Assembly: GCF_018977255.1 (NCBI RefSeq)
Contig: NW_024704742.1
Span: forward strand, 42,100,001 to 42,164,000
Direction of reading: 5' to 3'
DNA: 64,000 nucleotides
From: Callorhinchus milii
Lineage: Eukaryota
The translations under genes and the position numbers were made by a program. The notes beneath the pieces were generated by a model, which made no database searches, had not been told where the DNA came from, and was given only the letters and a program-made list of their open reading frames with translations. Of this stretch, positions 1 through 13,053 are shown in pieces. Numbering within the stretch: position 1 is the stretch's first letter; every line of letters starts with the position of its first letter.

Positions 1-779
1 GAGTTTAATGTGTAATTTGAAATTGTGAGCATTCTGGTCAACAGACACCAGCTGCAGATTGACTTGTTGCTGTGTGTCCACATTACACTGTTTCCTCAGG
101 TATTGAGCTTGGTACTCCTGGTTTTGCAATCTTTCACTCTATGCTCCCAATATTGACAGCTACAGTTTGCTATCCGTGGCAGCCTTCCCACTCCATCAGC
201 CAGACCTTTCTTAGTCTGAACTGTAGGACGGGAATGAGATGCCTGTGCTCTTGCCTGCTCAATACATCGAGTCGGAAAGTACTGTAGCTTCTGGCAAAAT
301 GTCAGTGTGTAATTCTTGTGAACATACCTAGCCTCTGCTGCAGGATTGAATGTACACACAGCCAGCCAGGGACATGCTTAGACTGCAAAAGAGCTTGGTA
401 TCAGTCAGATCACATATGCTGCAGTACATCCACTATATACTGCCAGGTGAAAAACATCCATTATGCTTCGCACTTTTGTCTGAGAGAAATGCTGCTGTCT
501 CCTGTAGAACACTTCCATTAGTTTTACAATCATTGGAAATCCCTTTAGATCCTTCCCACATGCAACCTTTCAGAGTCCGGCATTATTCCCTTTGCTTTAT
601 CATGCCATAGGCTGTTTGTGAGGGCTTCAGTTCTTACACAGCACTCTGTTAGTGCCTTCTGGCTGTGTTCACATTCAGCTATGATTCTTGAAGCATTTAA
701 CTTGAATGCAAGGGAAAATAATTAAATCTTCCCAGCAATGTGTCACTGAGTTGGAGAGCTAGAGAAATTCCTGTACAAT

Positions 780-1094
780 AGGGTGGGTCTAAATTGTAAA
801 TTGTAAGGAGTTGCAGAAGGATTTGCAATTAATGGATCCCAGATTCCAGGCCTCCAGAATTCCGATCAGTTGTTGATCTCATACACCTACAAAATACACA
901 GTTACTATACTTCACAGTAAATCCTGTGAAGCGCTTTGAGACACTCTCCTGACACCCTCCAGGCACTGTATCAACTATAAGGATTATTATTATATTCTCT
1001 CTTCTGATGTCCGTGGTATCTTTATTGTTCCCAGCACATCTAAGATTCACTATTTGTGAATCCTTTCACAACTCCTGAAATTTAATACAACCCT
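780..1094. mobile_element. Degenerate foldback/MITE-like element with a SINE tail nested between its arms
   Basis: Left arm (~798-838, aggagttgcagaaggatttgcaattaatggatc) is an imperfect reverse complement of the right arm (~1044-1083, gattcactatttgtgaatcctttcacaactcct). A related copy lies at 16344-16596. Confidence 0.55.
885..995 (+). mobile_element. SINE 3' tail fragment (L2-type tail)
   Basis: cctacaaaatacacagttactatacttcacagtaaatcctgtgaagcgctttgagac...aaggattattattatt matches the tail of the full-length SINEs in this window. Confidence 0.8.
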
Positions 1095-1199
1095 TCAATG
1101 CATTAGGAGTCCAAAAAACACTTTGAGCAGGTCAGAATTGATGGGAAGTCTGGAATAAAAGAACCTCAATAAATCGAAATGAGAGAAATCAGGAACAAG

Positions 1200-1358
1200 C
1201 ATTTCATGCTGTTTATGGGACATTGCTGAGTGCAAATTGGTTGCCATGTTTGCCTGCAAAATACACAGTCACTACACTTCACAGTAAATTCCATGAAGCA
1301 CTTTGAGATGTCCTTCCAATGTATACGGAGCAATATCAAATGCAAGGATTATTATTTA
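1200..1358 (+). mobile_element. SINE 3' half
   Basis: gctgtttatgggacattgctgagtgcaaattggttgcc...caaatgcaaggattatt matches other SINE copies here. Confidence 0.8.
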
Positions 1359-2553
1359 ACAAGCAAAATAATGAAAGAAGTCAAGAGCAATGAGTGAGAT
1401 ATGGTGTCAGTATGAGATCACAACAAGATTACAATAGATTACTGGCAAAGAGAAACTAAAGTCAGAATTTACCAAAGTAAGAGCAGAGGAAGTGAAACTG
1501 AGAGTTCAGGCGAAGGAGATTGAAACTGGGAAAGACAGTTAGTTAAGGAGGGAAGAAAGTGAAAAAGTGAAAGAGAGAGAATACAAATAAATTCTGACCA
1601 CTCAAAAAATTTGAACCTAACCTTTAAACAATAATATTGAATTGTTGAAGTTACAGTCCTCTATATTTGTAAACCACAAATCGTACGAGTAGATGTGGTG
1701 GCAGTTTTGCCTCAGAATCTCAGTAAATATGAAGAATATTCTATAAGTCCACTGTGATGAATTATAGTCCATCTACGACTGCAAGAATTTTCTTTCTCAA
1801 AACATTTAGCATAAGTTTCGATTTTATTTCTACCCATACCCTTTTATAGCGCCTTGGGACATCCTCCCAAGGGATGCTGTTTGGGGGATGCTGTTGTGCA
1901 CTGATTGACTGCTGGGTTTGCTTACTAATACACAGTCGCTACACTTGACAGTAAACTCTGTGAAGGACTTTAAGGCGTACTCTTGATGTGAAAGGTGCTG
2001 TGCCAAATGCATGTATTATTATTATTGTGGTCTGAATCACATGTACCCACTGTGCCCTCTACGTTCTATCCAGTTCCTGTTGCTGGGGCAGCATTCTTAT
2101 GATATTTATTTTGGAATAAGGCACCAAAACAGATGAAATCAGTGGCTTTTTTACATAGGATTATACTCATATTTGGTGTCAGCCAAGTGTTTTCATGACC
2201 CAGCTGGCTAAAGTACATGGGAAACTAGAAATGTCAACATTGCAGAGTTTCNTTTTTCCTCTTTATAATTGGGACATCTCATAAAAATAGTTTTTTTTCC
2301 CAGTGCTGAGAGGCGTTTTCTATGTATTAATTTGCCAAAAGGAACAAAAAACAATTTGTAAACATTGGAACGCCTTAGTTTCCCATGGGCTGCTGTCTGC
2401 CTCTGGTGCCCTGTTCCAGTCATCAGATGGGAAGGAGGTGCTCAGAATCAGTTCTGCATAGCAGCTTGAGCCTGCTGCCAGGGAGGTCAAAGATGTCTAC
2501 TTTGAAATGCTATTGTACTACCCCTGAAGGCGGATTAGTGATTGGGATTAGAT

Positions 2554-2884
2554 ATAATAATAATAATCATAATAATGATAATCCTTGCATTTGATATAGT
2601 GCTTTTCATGTCTTCCAGATTGCTCAAAGCGCTTCACAGAATATGCTGTAAAGTGAATTGACCGTATATTTGTGGGTGAAACACAGCAGCCAATTGCGCA
2701 CAGCAGGGTCCCACAAACAGTTGTGGATTGAAAATGACCAATTTATTATTGTTTTTGTTTTTGGAGGGATTATTATTAGGCGTGTGGAGTAAGGAAACTT
2801 GCCCAAGGTTTCGCCCTGCCTGGAATTGAACCCAGGTGTCTCGCTTGCAAGGCGAGTGCTCTAACCACTGAGCTACAGGACTCC
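2554..2884 (-). mobile_element. Full-length tRNA(Ala)-derived SINE, subfamily B
   Basis: Minus-strand head ggagtcctgtagctcagtggttagagcactcgccttgcaagcgag...gggttcaattcc has Pol III A and B boxes and a TGC anticodon arm. It has a (TTA)n tail and is near-identical to five other copies. Confidence 0.95.
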
Positions 2885-3384
2885 AATCCCCGTCAACTCT
2901 ACGTAAATCCCCTCAGCTCCAAATAAATGATAATAGATACATTCTAAAAAAAAAGTCCCCAAAATATTTATATATATAAAAATATTAAAATATTTTAAAA
3001 AATTAAACGATATGGGAGTCATGTTTCTTATACCCCTTGTTTGGAGGCTGAGATTTCGCCCCCCTTCAGGACCAACGGATTTCCAATTCCTGTGGAGAAC
3101 TCTCCCTATTGTCATACTCTTTCTACTTTACAATCTACAATAATATTTACTTTACAGCATATTCTGTGAAGCGCTTTGAGACGTCTGGAAGACGTGAAAA
3201 GCACTATATCAAATGCAAGAATTATTATTATTACTTGGAGCTTATGTGCTGGATCTATGATGCTCAAGTGGATGCCCACACTTCAGAAGCGATCACTCTC
3301 AAATAGAAAAGCATAGCTATCATTTCTGCCAGCGAAGTCCCACCTCAGCCATGAGATGAATGATCAATTAGTTTGAAGGATTGT

Positions 3385-3590
3385 TGTCGAGGAGAATTTC
3401 TCCTCCCCATTCAAATAGTGTCATGGAATCATTAACAGCCACTCGAAAAACAGTCGGGACCTCAGTTTAATGTCTCATCCAAAATATTAGAACATAAGCC
3501 CAGGCATTGACGTGAAGCCCTGAGATTGAGTTTGAAATTGCACTTGTTTGACCTAGAAGTGAGGATGCTATCAATTTATGCCAATAAGTT
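3385..3590 (-). mobile_element. Old Deu-domain SINE fragment
   Basis: aaatagtgtcatggaatcattaacagccac...cctcagtttaatgtctcatcc matches the Deu-domain core seen in other copies. Confidence 0.6.
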
Positions 3591-5255
3591 AATATTAAGT
3601 GACCCAAAATCAACTCCTTAAGAATTTTGTTTTTGTTGCTTCTGAAGATGATAACTCTTTGAAGACATTGAAAAAAAGTGAAAAAGGAGCCCGGTGTAAT
3701 GTTGACATTTCTGGTTCCCACGTACTTTAGAGCACCTGTTCCCTGAAGGCTGTCAGTCTCGTACATTTCATCCAGTCACTGTTCTGTATGACTAAACCTG
3801 GACGGTAAGTGTCATCAGGCTGCTGAATCATTGGGACTATCACAGTTGAACCCAAATCTGTCCCCACTTGACTTTCACACAGGAGTGAATACTGGATAGT
3901 GAGCAGAGGCAGAAAATGTGGCTGTTTTTTCTCCTTCCCTAACCCTGAGACACACTTGTGTGAGATAAGGTAACTCAACACAACCCAGGGATCAAACTTG
4001 GAACTTCCTTACCAAAATGCCTTAAAAAAGGAGGAGCTAACTGCAGCATTGTATCTTTGTACTGCCAGCCATTCTGCCTCCGCTCTCTGGAATTAATGTG
4101 ACCCATCCTTAGCTTACTTATAGATGCTGTTAGAAACACTCAAGCAGTATAACTACAGGACAACTACCAGGATAATCTCATGTGATGTAAAGTGAGTTTT
4201 CTTCAGCAATCTCTTGTACCTCACGCTGACTCCACTATGCCTGCTTCAGATCAAGATCACCTTAAAGACGGAGTCAGTGTGACATACAGAGCATTCCTTG
4301 GAGAAATAGTTTTGTGTCACAAGTGCATTTTTCGTGTTGTTTGCCGTTCAAGCTCCTTTTCAACCCCATTGTGCCTACAGGCGTGTTAAGTACTCAACTG
4401 ACCTAGGGAGAAGTGGAAGGGGAGGGAGAGGCTTGGTACCTTCAGCTGCTAATGGGGTATAAGCTCTCTGCAACAGAAGGCAGGCCTCACACTTTCTTTA
4501 GATATACAGGGCCTGGTTCCCAGTTAACTACCACAGGAAATGTGAACTGTTGCATTGTTTGAACTGTTTGGTTTGTAAAATGGCAGAGCTCCTTGATGTT
4601 GGATCTAGCACGCTGTTCCTCATCAGGATGCTCTTTAACTAGTCTTTTAACAAGGTCTTGGCTTACATGCTCATAATTTGCCCGCTCAACTATTTTCTTA
4701 ATGAAGATCTGCAGACAGTGAGGGATTTCCGGCTGATGGCTTCTTATGTTTTATCATTCTCTTGTAAATTGCAGGTTGAATGTTTCAGTCAGAACCTAGT
4801 TGCTCCCTTGATACCCTGTTCAGGTATCCGTTTCCCTCCCCTAACACTAAGAGCTTTGTTTGCCGACAGTCCAGAAGAATTTGCTCCGTGCGCGGAACTG
4901 CGCCAGTCAAAGGGACACTGTCGGTTTCATTTTGTGGGAAAACGAGCGATTTGTGTCCTGGGCTGAAGTTTTACACAGTTGTTGCCACACTGAGTGATAC
5001 CCGTGTGACAGTCTGAATGTAGAAATAGCTGCTCTTTCCCTTCAAAAATACAATACCTGATAAATATTGGAAACTTGATTTACCCTTATTGGTTTAATGA
5101 TAAACAGAATAATCCTTGCGCCTTAGCACGTTGTTGAAACATCTCAAAGCATTCCCCATGATTTTTAATGTGAAGTGTAGTGACTGTATTTTGTACATTG
5201 CGCCTAATAGAACAAATCTAGGTTTCGGTTCATCGGTTTTATCTGTTATTTAATA

Positions 5256-6120
5256 GTGTCAGTCAGGCTACTTAGTGACACTCTCACCTTTGAGTCCGAA
5301 GGATGTGGATTCAATTCCCAAGTTGGTACTTGTAACTCATATAGTCCAGTGTTGTCCAATAGAAATTGCTGACTAGCCATGGGTGTGTCTATGCCTACAA
5401 CATTTTAGCTATAAGCACTGATTTTCAGTAGAAAACATCTTACATACATTCATACAGTACATGTAAAAGTACTTCATATACAATACATGTATATTTATTT
5501 ACTTAACAAACATCTACTCATCAAACATCTACCACCGTTCAGTTCAAAACTTTGCAGTCTTTTTCTTTTTGTCTTGCTATTTTACCAACAAACACACAAA
5601 AAGATCAAGGAACACATGCATCCACCATGCAAATATGAGTATTGAGATCACATGCCCGACAGTGGTGTTTATCATTCACTTTTTTTTTCCTACTCAAAAA
5701 TACAATTTCGCCACATCTGGATTCCCAATTAGCCACATATGGCTAGTGGCTAATGTATTGGACAACCCTGACGTACTCTATGCTCAAGCTCCAATGTCGT
5801 GCTAGGTGTGCTGTACTGCTGGAGGTGCCGTCCTTCAGATGACATATTAAACTGAGCTCTCATCTGCCTATTCAGGTGGATTTTGAAGATCCCTTGACAC
5901 TATTTAAAAAGAGAAGGGAGCTTCATTCAGTGTTGTGACTGACAATCTGACAGATAAAATTGGTTATTTACTTCATAGCTGTTTGTGGGATGTTACTGTG
6001 TACAAATTGGCTGCTGCATTCACCTGGAAAGTACATTTTATATTAAATTCTGTGAAGTGCTTTTAGATGGCCTCCTGACAGACAAGGGCGATATCAATGC
6101 AAGGGTTATTATATTATTAT
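5256..6120 (+). mobile_element. Deu-domain SINE (SacSINE1/AmnSINE1-like), split by a DNA-transposon insertion
   Basis: tRNA-like head at 5256-5346, then the Deu core ggaggtgccgtccttcagatgacatattaaactgag...caggtgga...gatccc after 5771, then an L2-type tail ending in tattat. Family recognised from memory of the consensus. Confidence 0.85.
5347..5770. mobile_element. Non-autonomous hAT-Charlie-like element (MER3/MER33-like ends)
   Basis: TIRs cagtgttgtccaata / tattggacaaccctg match at 14 of 15 positions. Subterminal sequence is tagccacatatggctagtggcta. Flanking 8-mers atatagtc / acgtactc match 5/8 (decayed TSD). The element cleanly interrupts a SINE. Confidence 0.8.
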
Positions 6121-6529
6121 AATTGAAAATGTTGCCCATTCTGTTATGAAACTATATAAGGTGATTTTTAAAATACTTTCATTTTGCATCCTTCATTATA
6201 ACGTCATTTGTCAAACAGAATCTCTTGTTTTTGAAGTCTGTAGCAAACAAAAAATCCCTCTTCCCATTTCTCCAAAACAGCACAGAGAGAACTCAAACAT
6301 TCCAACAAAAACAAAAGAATTTCACCTTTCACTGAGCAGCTTCAAAAGCTAAACCGTAACAAAAACATTGAATGCTAGTAAATAAGATTTGATATTAAAT
6401 TATTGATTCGGTGCCTAAATTCAAGTGATATAATTTGTGGGGGAAGGGGGTCATCTGCAGATAGGAACTGTTGACAGTATTGTCCCATACATAATTCATA
6501 ACAAAAACGTCAGGTAACCCAGATGGCCT

Positions 6530-6820
6530 AAATAATAATAACAATAATAATAATTCTTACATTTGATATAGAGTCTTTTCACATCATCAAAGTGCTTCAC
6601 ATACTCTAAAGTATAGTAGTTGTGCACGAATGCAGTAACCAATTTGCACATGACAATGTCCCACAAGCATCCACAAAGTGAATGACCAGGTTTTATTAGG
6701 GGGATTGTTGGCCAGGACACCAGTAGAAATTTCCTTGTTTTCAAATAATGCCATTGGATCTTTAATGTCCACCTGAACATGAAGACTGCATCTCGGTTTA
6801 ATGTCTCATTTGAAGAACGG
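6530..6820 (-). mobile_element. Deu-domain SINE, 5'-truncated
   Basis: (TAA)n tail, then ggccaggacacc...gatctttaatgtccacctgaac...ctcggtttaatgtctcat. Confidence 0.85.
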
Positions 6821-7109
6821 AATAAGTCCTGGATCGAATCATCAAAAAAAAATCAAGTAATCAAATGAAATTAGCAGTAAAGGGCAAGATAGAGTGTTCA
6901 ATAATAGTTATCAAAATCTGCTGAAGAACATTGATTTATATAATTCAATAACAAATGTTGTAAAAACGTAATTGTGCATGGAGCAAGGTTTGTTGTCTGC
7001 AAGTGTGAAATCTGAAAGAAAGGCTGTGGTATTTTCTGTGCTCTTGTTTAGAGCCAATTGATTGTTTTTGTTGTGGTGGATTTAGTCCATTCTGTGACTA
7101 AAACCATAA

Positions 7110-7465
7110 ATCCTTGCAACAGTGGCTTTCACATCGGAGGATATCTCAAAGCGATTCACTGTAAAGTCTAATGACTATGTAATAATAATAATAATCCTTG
7201 CATTTGATATAGCGCCTTATCATGTTGTTGAGATGTCTCAAAGCATTTCATAGAATATACTGTAGAGTGGATCGACTGTATTCTCTGGACATAACTTTTG
7301 CACACAGCAGTGTCCCACAAACAATCATGGATTGAGTTACTCAATTGTTTTGAGGGATTATTATCCCCGGAAAACGATCTGCCAATCGACTAATATTTTG
7401 TAGGCTAAATGCGGCAGCTGATTTGCGCACAGCAATGCCCCACAAGCAGTCATGAAGCAAATGAA
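7110..7465 (-). mobile_element. SINE nested within an older SINE (inner copy ~7180-7390)
   Basis: The outer tail breaks at ...ctaatgactatg, a fresh (TAA)n tail starts at 7180, and the outer body resumes at ~7393 (atattttgtaggc...gcggcagc). Confidence 0.7.
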
Positions 7466-8929
7466 AAGATTCTGTACAAGATTGCCAGTGTCACCTGCTC
7501 TGGTGCTGTCTGTGAGAAAGTCTGTGTTGCTTGGTATGTGTTAATAAAAATGCAGTGCACTTAGGAGATGGGATCCGCCATAGCATCTGCTTTCATTGCC
7601 CTGTGTAAGACGGAAAACTAGCGTGGAATCTGACTGAACGGAGAGGAAACGTTAATTACCTTTTTATTTTGCCTCTTAATATGTATGGACAGGATCAAGA
7701 TGGCATGCCAAGCAGTGGCGGTTGACCCAAAGCAGATTTTATCTGTGAACTGAGCATAATCCTGCCAGCTCTCGGTTTTAGTCATGGCAGATTGAGGTCT
7801 TCACACTTTATAAATGGGTTTAGAATGTGTCTGTCAATACAGTGGCCCAGTGAAACATAAAATTAACAAGATCTAATAACATGTAATTATTGGGTAATTC
7901 GAGTCAGTGTTTTACTTGTCAAGCTGAAGAGATAAACCCTGTTAAAATACCATTGTTCCCCAATTTCTTTCAGGAGGTTGAAGCTGAAGTATAAATCTAG
8001 CCTCATTTTTTTTTCACATCACGCTCTGCATTTAACATCTTGATGGGAATGTTTTTTTGTCGTAACCTTGCTCTGGAATCCCTGCTGCCTGGATATCTGA
8101 GCATTTGCACATCTCCGAGTTCAGGCCAACAGGAGACCTGCTATAATTAGTTGCCCAGAAGCTACGGAATTGTAATTATTGTCTTTGCTTTGCTCTCTCC
8201 TGCTTTTAATCATTTTCCTCTTTTTCATATATTTTTTCTGATTCTCTTCGCTCCACTCCACCTCTCTCACCTGAAGGCTTTCGTGACACCTTTTCCTTCT
8301 GCTTGGGCATGGCGCCACAAGCACAAATCTCCCTCTAGTACCTTGGCCAACTAGTTATTACTCATGTGTGAGCCCTGACAGTGAATGTTGGCAGGCTTTT
8401 CAAACCTGGGAGGCACTGCAGCCGAGCCCCAACTTGTCTTTGCCCAAAATTTGCACGTGTGTATGTACCGTCGAGTGAGTGGTGTGTATGTGTGGGGGGG
8501 GGGGGGGGCGAGATGGGTGGCTGTTGGTGTCTCGATAATTTTGTGGCCTATGCGCCATGCCAAGCACTCCATTTAGTCATTAAACGTCTCTCTTTTTGTT
8601 TATTTATCTCATTTCTGAGGAGATTTCTGCGAAGTGTCTAGGAGCTCATGCATTAAGGTGTTAACACATAAAATCCTAATGAACTCTGGCTGATGACTGC
8701 CTTGGAGCAGAGGAAGATGGCAAAGCAGTCTTGTGTTTGTGCACTTAGCTGCAAGGTAGTGCTTTCACCAAGAGGCGGGCACCTGCAAGTTTGGGTGTAT
8801 TGTAAGATGTGTTAATTACACAGTAGCTCTAAGATTTATATTTTATATATTTAATATACCGTGTGTGTGTGTGTGTATATCTCAAAAATAAAGGCTTCAA
8901 TGAATACTCATTAGATGAAGACCCCACCC

Positions 8930-9125
8930 AGGACCATCAAAACAAAGATATTTTTGAGCAGAGAATGAATCCATTCCGCTCACCTTCTTTCCAGATATTT
9001 ATCTAATTCCCTTTTAAAAGCTAAAATAGATTCTTTCTGATCCATGGCTCGCAGTTGGGCATTTCATATCTTAACAACCCTCTATGTATTTAAAAAAAGA
9101 CTTCTACCATCTCCTCTTGTTCTTT
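8930..9125 (-). mobile_element. Old CR1 3' fragment
   Basis: atttatctaattcccttttaaaag...catttcatatcttaacaaccctctatgt is the reverse complement of the CR1 C-terminal RVV-W region. Confidence 0.6.
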
Positions 9126-9127
9126 TG

Positions 9128-9290
9128 GTCAAGTCTCATCTGAAGGATGGCACATCTGACAATGCATCGCAACCCCCAGCATTGCACTGGAGTGCCTGTA
9201 CAGATTATAAGCTCAAAATTCTGACATGGCTGGAACCCACAATCTTCTGACTCAGAGATGAGAGTGCTGTCAACTGAGCCAAGCTAATAC
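9128..9290 (-). mobile_element. Deu-domain SINE 5' part (tRNA-like head)
   Basis: tctcatctgaaggatggcacatctgacaatgca...gaacccacaatcttctgactcagagatgagagtgctgtcaactgagcc. Confidence 0.8.
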
Positions 9291-11662
9291 CTGGCTTCCC
9301 CTTATTATCCATGCAGTCCTTTGGTGCATGATAAAAAGCTCTTTGGATTTGGAAAAAGTAATGAAACACTATTTCGGCAAGCGAAGAAATACCAGATCTG
9401 CGAAAATCAGACGGGACAGCAAAACAATATTGATTATGAGCTATACTTCTCAAACTATTGACAACCCAAACTGTACAATCAGAATCAGTTCCCTTCACAG
9501 AAAATTGCAGCTCTCGCCTTTCTTGGCCGAGCAGAACTACAGGACAGTTAATATGGTGTCTTGGACAGAGTGAGTGCTGGTGGTTTTGTACTTTTTATTG
9601 GGTAGTTAGACATGAAACAATAAGCTTCATGTCAATGGTGAATAACGTATCGCGCCCAAGGAACCACAGTCTTACCATCTGTTTATTGCATTAGTTCACA
9701 GTGGTGTGTGTGAGTGTAGGGGTGGGGGGGGGCAGTGGGGGAGGAAATAAGATCATTGTGACCTGCTTCCCCCCAGTCCTGAAAGGTATACCAGTTATTC
9801 TGATCTTCCAAGGGAAACGGGAGTGAGGAAAGAAGGCAGGAAACCAGTTTGCAGTACATCTACCACCGGAGTTCTCTCCAAGGATCGTAGTCTGTATAAA
9901 CACTGTCAAGTAACTTTTGAAGTGTACAGTGAGCAAGTATTGGAGGCAAGTGAATAATTTAATGTTTTACTTCTGTCTTGCTAGTATCATCACATGATTC
10001 TAAATGCCATATTATGAATCTGTTAGGAAATTGGGAAGCACTATTAAATTTGTGCTGGGCAGAGGTTAGGCACGGTCTCCGATGTGGTCTTGTCTCTGAC
10101 AAGTTGAATGTGGTTTGTCTTTGTCTTTTCTGGAGGGGAACAGCTTCTGTAAAATATTTCTCTTTTCCTTGCTCATTCTGATGAAGCAATTTGTGGTCAG
10201 TGGGTCCCAGCAGGATACTTTTCTTTGAGACACTTCTGACATTTGACAATAAAAAACATGCAGAATTAAAGGCATTCTGGCAAGCACGCACTGCAAACTC
10301 ACAGGCACAAGCTGACAGTCCTAATTTGTGCACAGCCAGCGATTGAATGGCCCCGGGGCAGTAGACGTTTGTGATACGTATGGGATCAAGCAGACGTTTA
10401 ATCGTGCCAGTCTCTAAAGCTGCAATTCATCCACTAACGCTTTGAGTACACAGTGTATGACCTTTCAGATCCACCTTATTTAAAATTAAAGGCTCGCTCA
10501 AAAATATCCCACTTTACTCCTGTCCCTCCCTGCCTCCCGTCCTCTCTTCTGAATGCACCAAGTGCTCCACTTCTTCACTGCAGCAAACCTTCCTGCCTGT
10601 TTGAAGAATGGACAAAACAAGTGTATTAAAGGCACTTTGGAGAGAGAACGCGATGAGTGAAATCCCAGTGTCAGTCAGCAACATTCCTCTTCTTTATGGT
10701 TCCTATGTTCTTATAATTGATTGGTATTAAGTTACGAAGATCAGGCCAAAGCTTACATTTGTTGTATTGTGCCTGGCAGGCGACAAGTGAGTCACTGTGT
10801 ATAGTCATGGCAACAGGTGTGTGCTTATCAATTTTACACCTATCTGGTCTATAATCCCATTTTCAGTGTGAAGAGCCTCTTGCTTTTATGATTGACATCT
10901 CTGCCACTCACAGTACCGTGCTCCTGATGCAATTGGTCTGTCCTGTAAAGTGATACTGTGAGCATGGACTGCTGCTGTCGAGAGGAGAATGAGAGCTTTT
11001 TTTTATCCTTTTCTCAATGTACCAGTGAAACGTAAAATAGGAGTGGGGAGTGTCAGTTTGTCTCCTGAAGACAATACAGTGAAGTAATACAGTTACAACT
11101 TGTTTAACAATTCTCAACCATTCGTCTCAATATGCAGTACCATTTTACACCAGAAAATCCAATCAGCTGCACATTAGCGAAGCTGTGGGACAAAAGCTGC
11201 AAGTAGCAGAGGCTTCCATCAGCTTGCTGTGAATCGATTCTTTATTTATGTGCGCGGTGACATTATAAGGTGTAAAAGACTATACTGTTCGCCTGTTGGT
11301 ATTTCACAAGTGGAACACAAGGAGCGATGAGGAATAAGCCAGGACTGAGCAGAAAGTCAGCATGAGTTCAGAAGCACTTCCTTTGTCTTGAGTCCATATT
11401 ATTAACAAGTCAAATCATTAAAAACTTGACCTGAGGCAACTCAGTAAATGATTAAACATGACTGTTATAGTTCCATTTTAATCTCCATCTCGGTGATTGG
11501 TATGTGCATGCAACACATGGTGTGATACTGAGCCATACAACCGAGAAAAAATCAAACATTTATTTCTCTGTCTTTAAAGGCAGCAGAGTCTTAACCAAGC
11601 CAATGCTGGGATTGCCTTTAATGTCACTGGAATACAGAGCCAAGCTTCCTGCTCCTGATCAG

Positions 11663-12370
11663 CTTGGTTCAGTTTCTCTCACTCTTGTCTGTGCGTCTAA
11701 AGTATGGCTTCCAATTCCACTTCAGTATTTGAACTCGTAGATTAGGCTTGCAGTACTGTGGAGTACTAGGGAGTGTGCTGTATTTTCTGGGTGCTGTCCT
11801 TTAGATGAGAATTTAAACTGAGACCCATGTCTGTTTGTTCTTGGTCTAAACGTTAAAGACCCAGTGATACTATTTAAAAAATGAAGGGATTTTCTCCTGG
11901 GGTACTAACCAGGTATTCTCCACTTCACTTAAGTGCTTTGAGATATCCTCTGATGTGAAAGGCACTATTTAAATATAAATTGTATTGTACAAGCCAGGTG
12001 TCAGTCTAGCTTACTAGGAAGAACTCTTGCCTCTGATGTAGAAGGTTGTGAGTTCAAGCCCCACATTGGAACTTTGAACTGATATGATGTGGTCTGGTAC
12101 AGTACTGGGGTTGTGCTACACTGATGAAGGTACTATCTTTCAGACAAAATGTTAAAAAAAAGTCCTGTTTTTTGCCGTGTACAATCTCACAAATGGAAAA
12201 CTGCTTCTTCACTAGTTGGATGTTTGTGGGTCATTGATGTGTACAGATTAGCGGCCGCATTCACCTACAGTCACTGTACTTCACAATAAATCCTGTGAAG
12301 CTTGAGATACCTGTCCCCACCTCAAGTGAAAGGCTTTATATCAATCATAAGATTATTTTTGTTATTATAA
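11663..12370 (+). mobile_element. Two head-to-tail old Deu-domain SINEs (~11663-11988 and ~11998-12370)
   Basis: Two successive head/Deu/tail units. The second head is gtgtcagtctagct...agaaggttgtgagttcaagcccc. Confidence 0.75.
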
Positions 12371-13053
12371 ATTGGTCATTCACTTGATTTGTAGGACTTT
12401 GTTGGTGAAAATGATTGCCGGTTTGCTTCCAAGAACTTATTACTGTGAAATGCTTTGACATGTTTTGTCATGATAGGCTGCTAAAAAAAATGTGCAATAT
12501 ATTTTCTTCTTGGTGGCCGACCAAAGAACCCACCTAGAAAGTAAGTCTGCCTAGATGTTAGATGAAGACAAGATTGGACATTGCTTATGCAGCAAGATTT
12601 GTCAGGTTGAACTATAATTGGATAATTGAACCTTAATACCATATCATTAAATATGACTCATGCAACACACAAATGCTTGATACAAAATAATTATTTAAAA
12701 TAGTATTTTCTCCAAATGCTAAGTGATGGTTTGTGGCTTATTGTGTGTTTTCTTTGAAGAAAAAACAGGCTCCTTGGAAGCTAATCCGTGGCACGTGGAG
12801 CCTGTTTAACTCATGGTGATGTTTAACTCTGAAACTAGATGGAAGATATTCTGTGTTTTTGCTGATTGGGAAGCAAAAAGAATCCTGTATCTTATACCAG
12901 GTCCATCGAATGTATATTGAGAAGGGAAAGGAGGGAAATAAGCATGATATTATCACTTGCCCCCTAACACTCTATTTACAAATGTGGCCCTGCAGTGGAT
13001 TTCATGGTTGGATTTGGGCTGTTTGCCTATCAATTTACTTTAACTGGTGTATA

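Noticed and set aside
4775..4823. 49-nt segment between ttgcag and gtatcc resembling an internal exon
   Set aside because: Weak donor, unrecognised peptide (VECFSQNLVAPLIPCS) and no partner exons identified.
8690..8720. ctgatga-ctgc-cttgga-gcag as a second hammerhead
   Set aside because: Not followed by GAAA, and stems I and III are missing.
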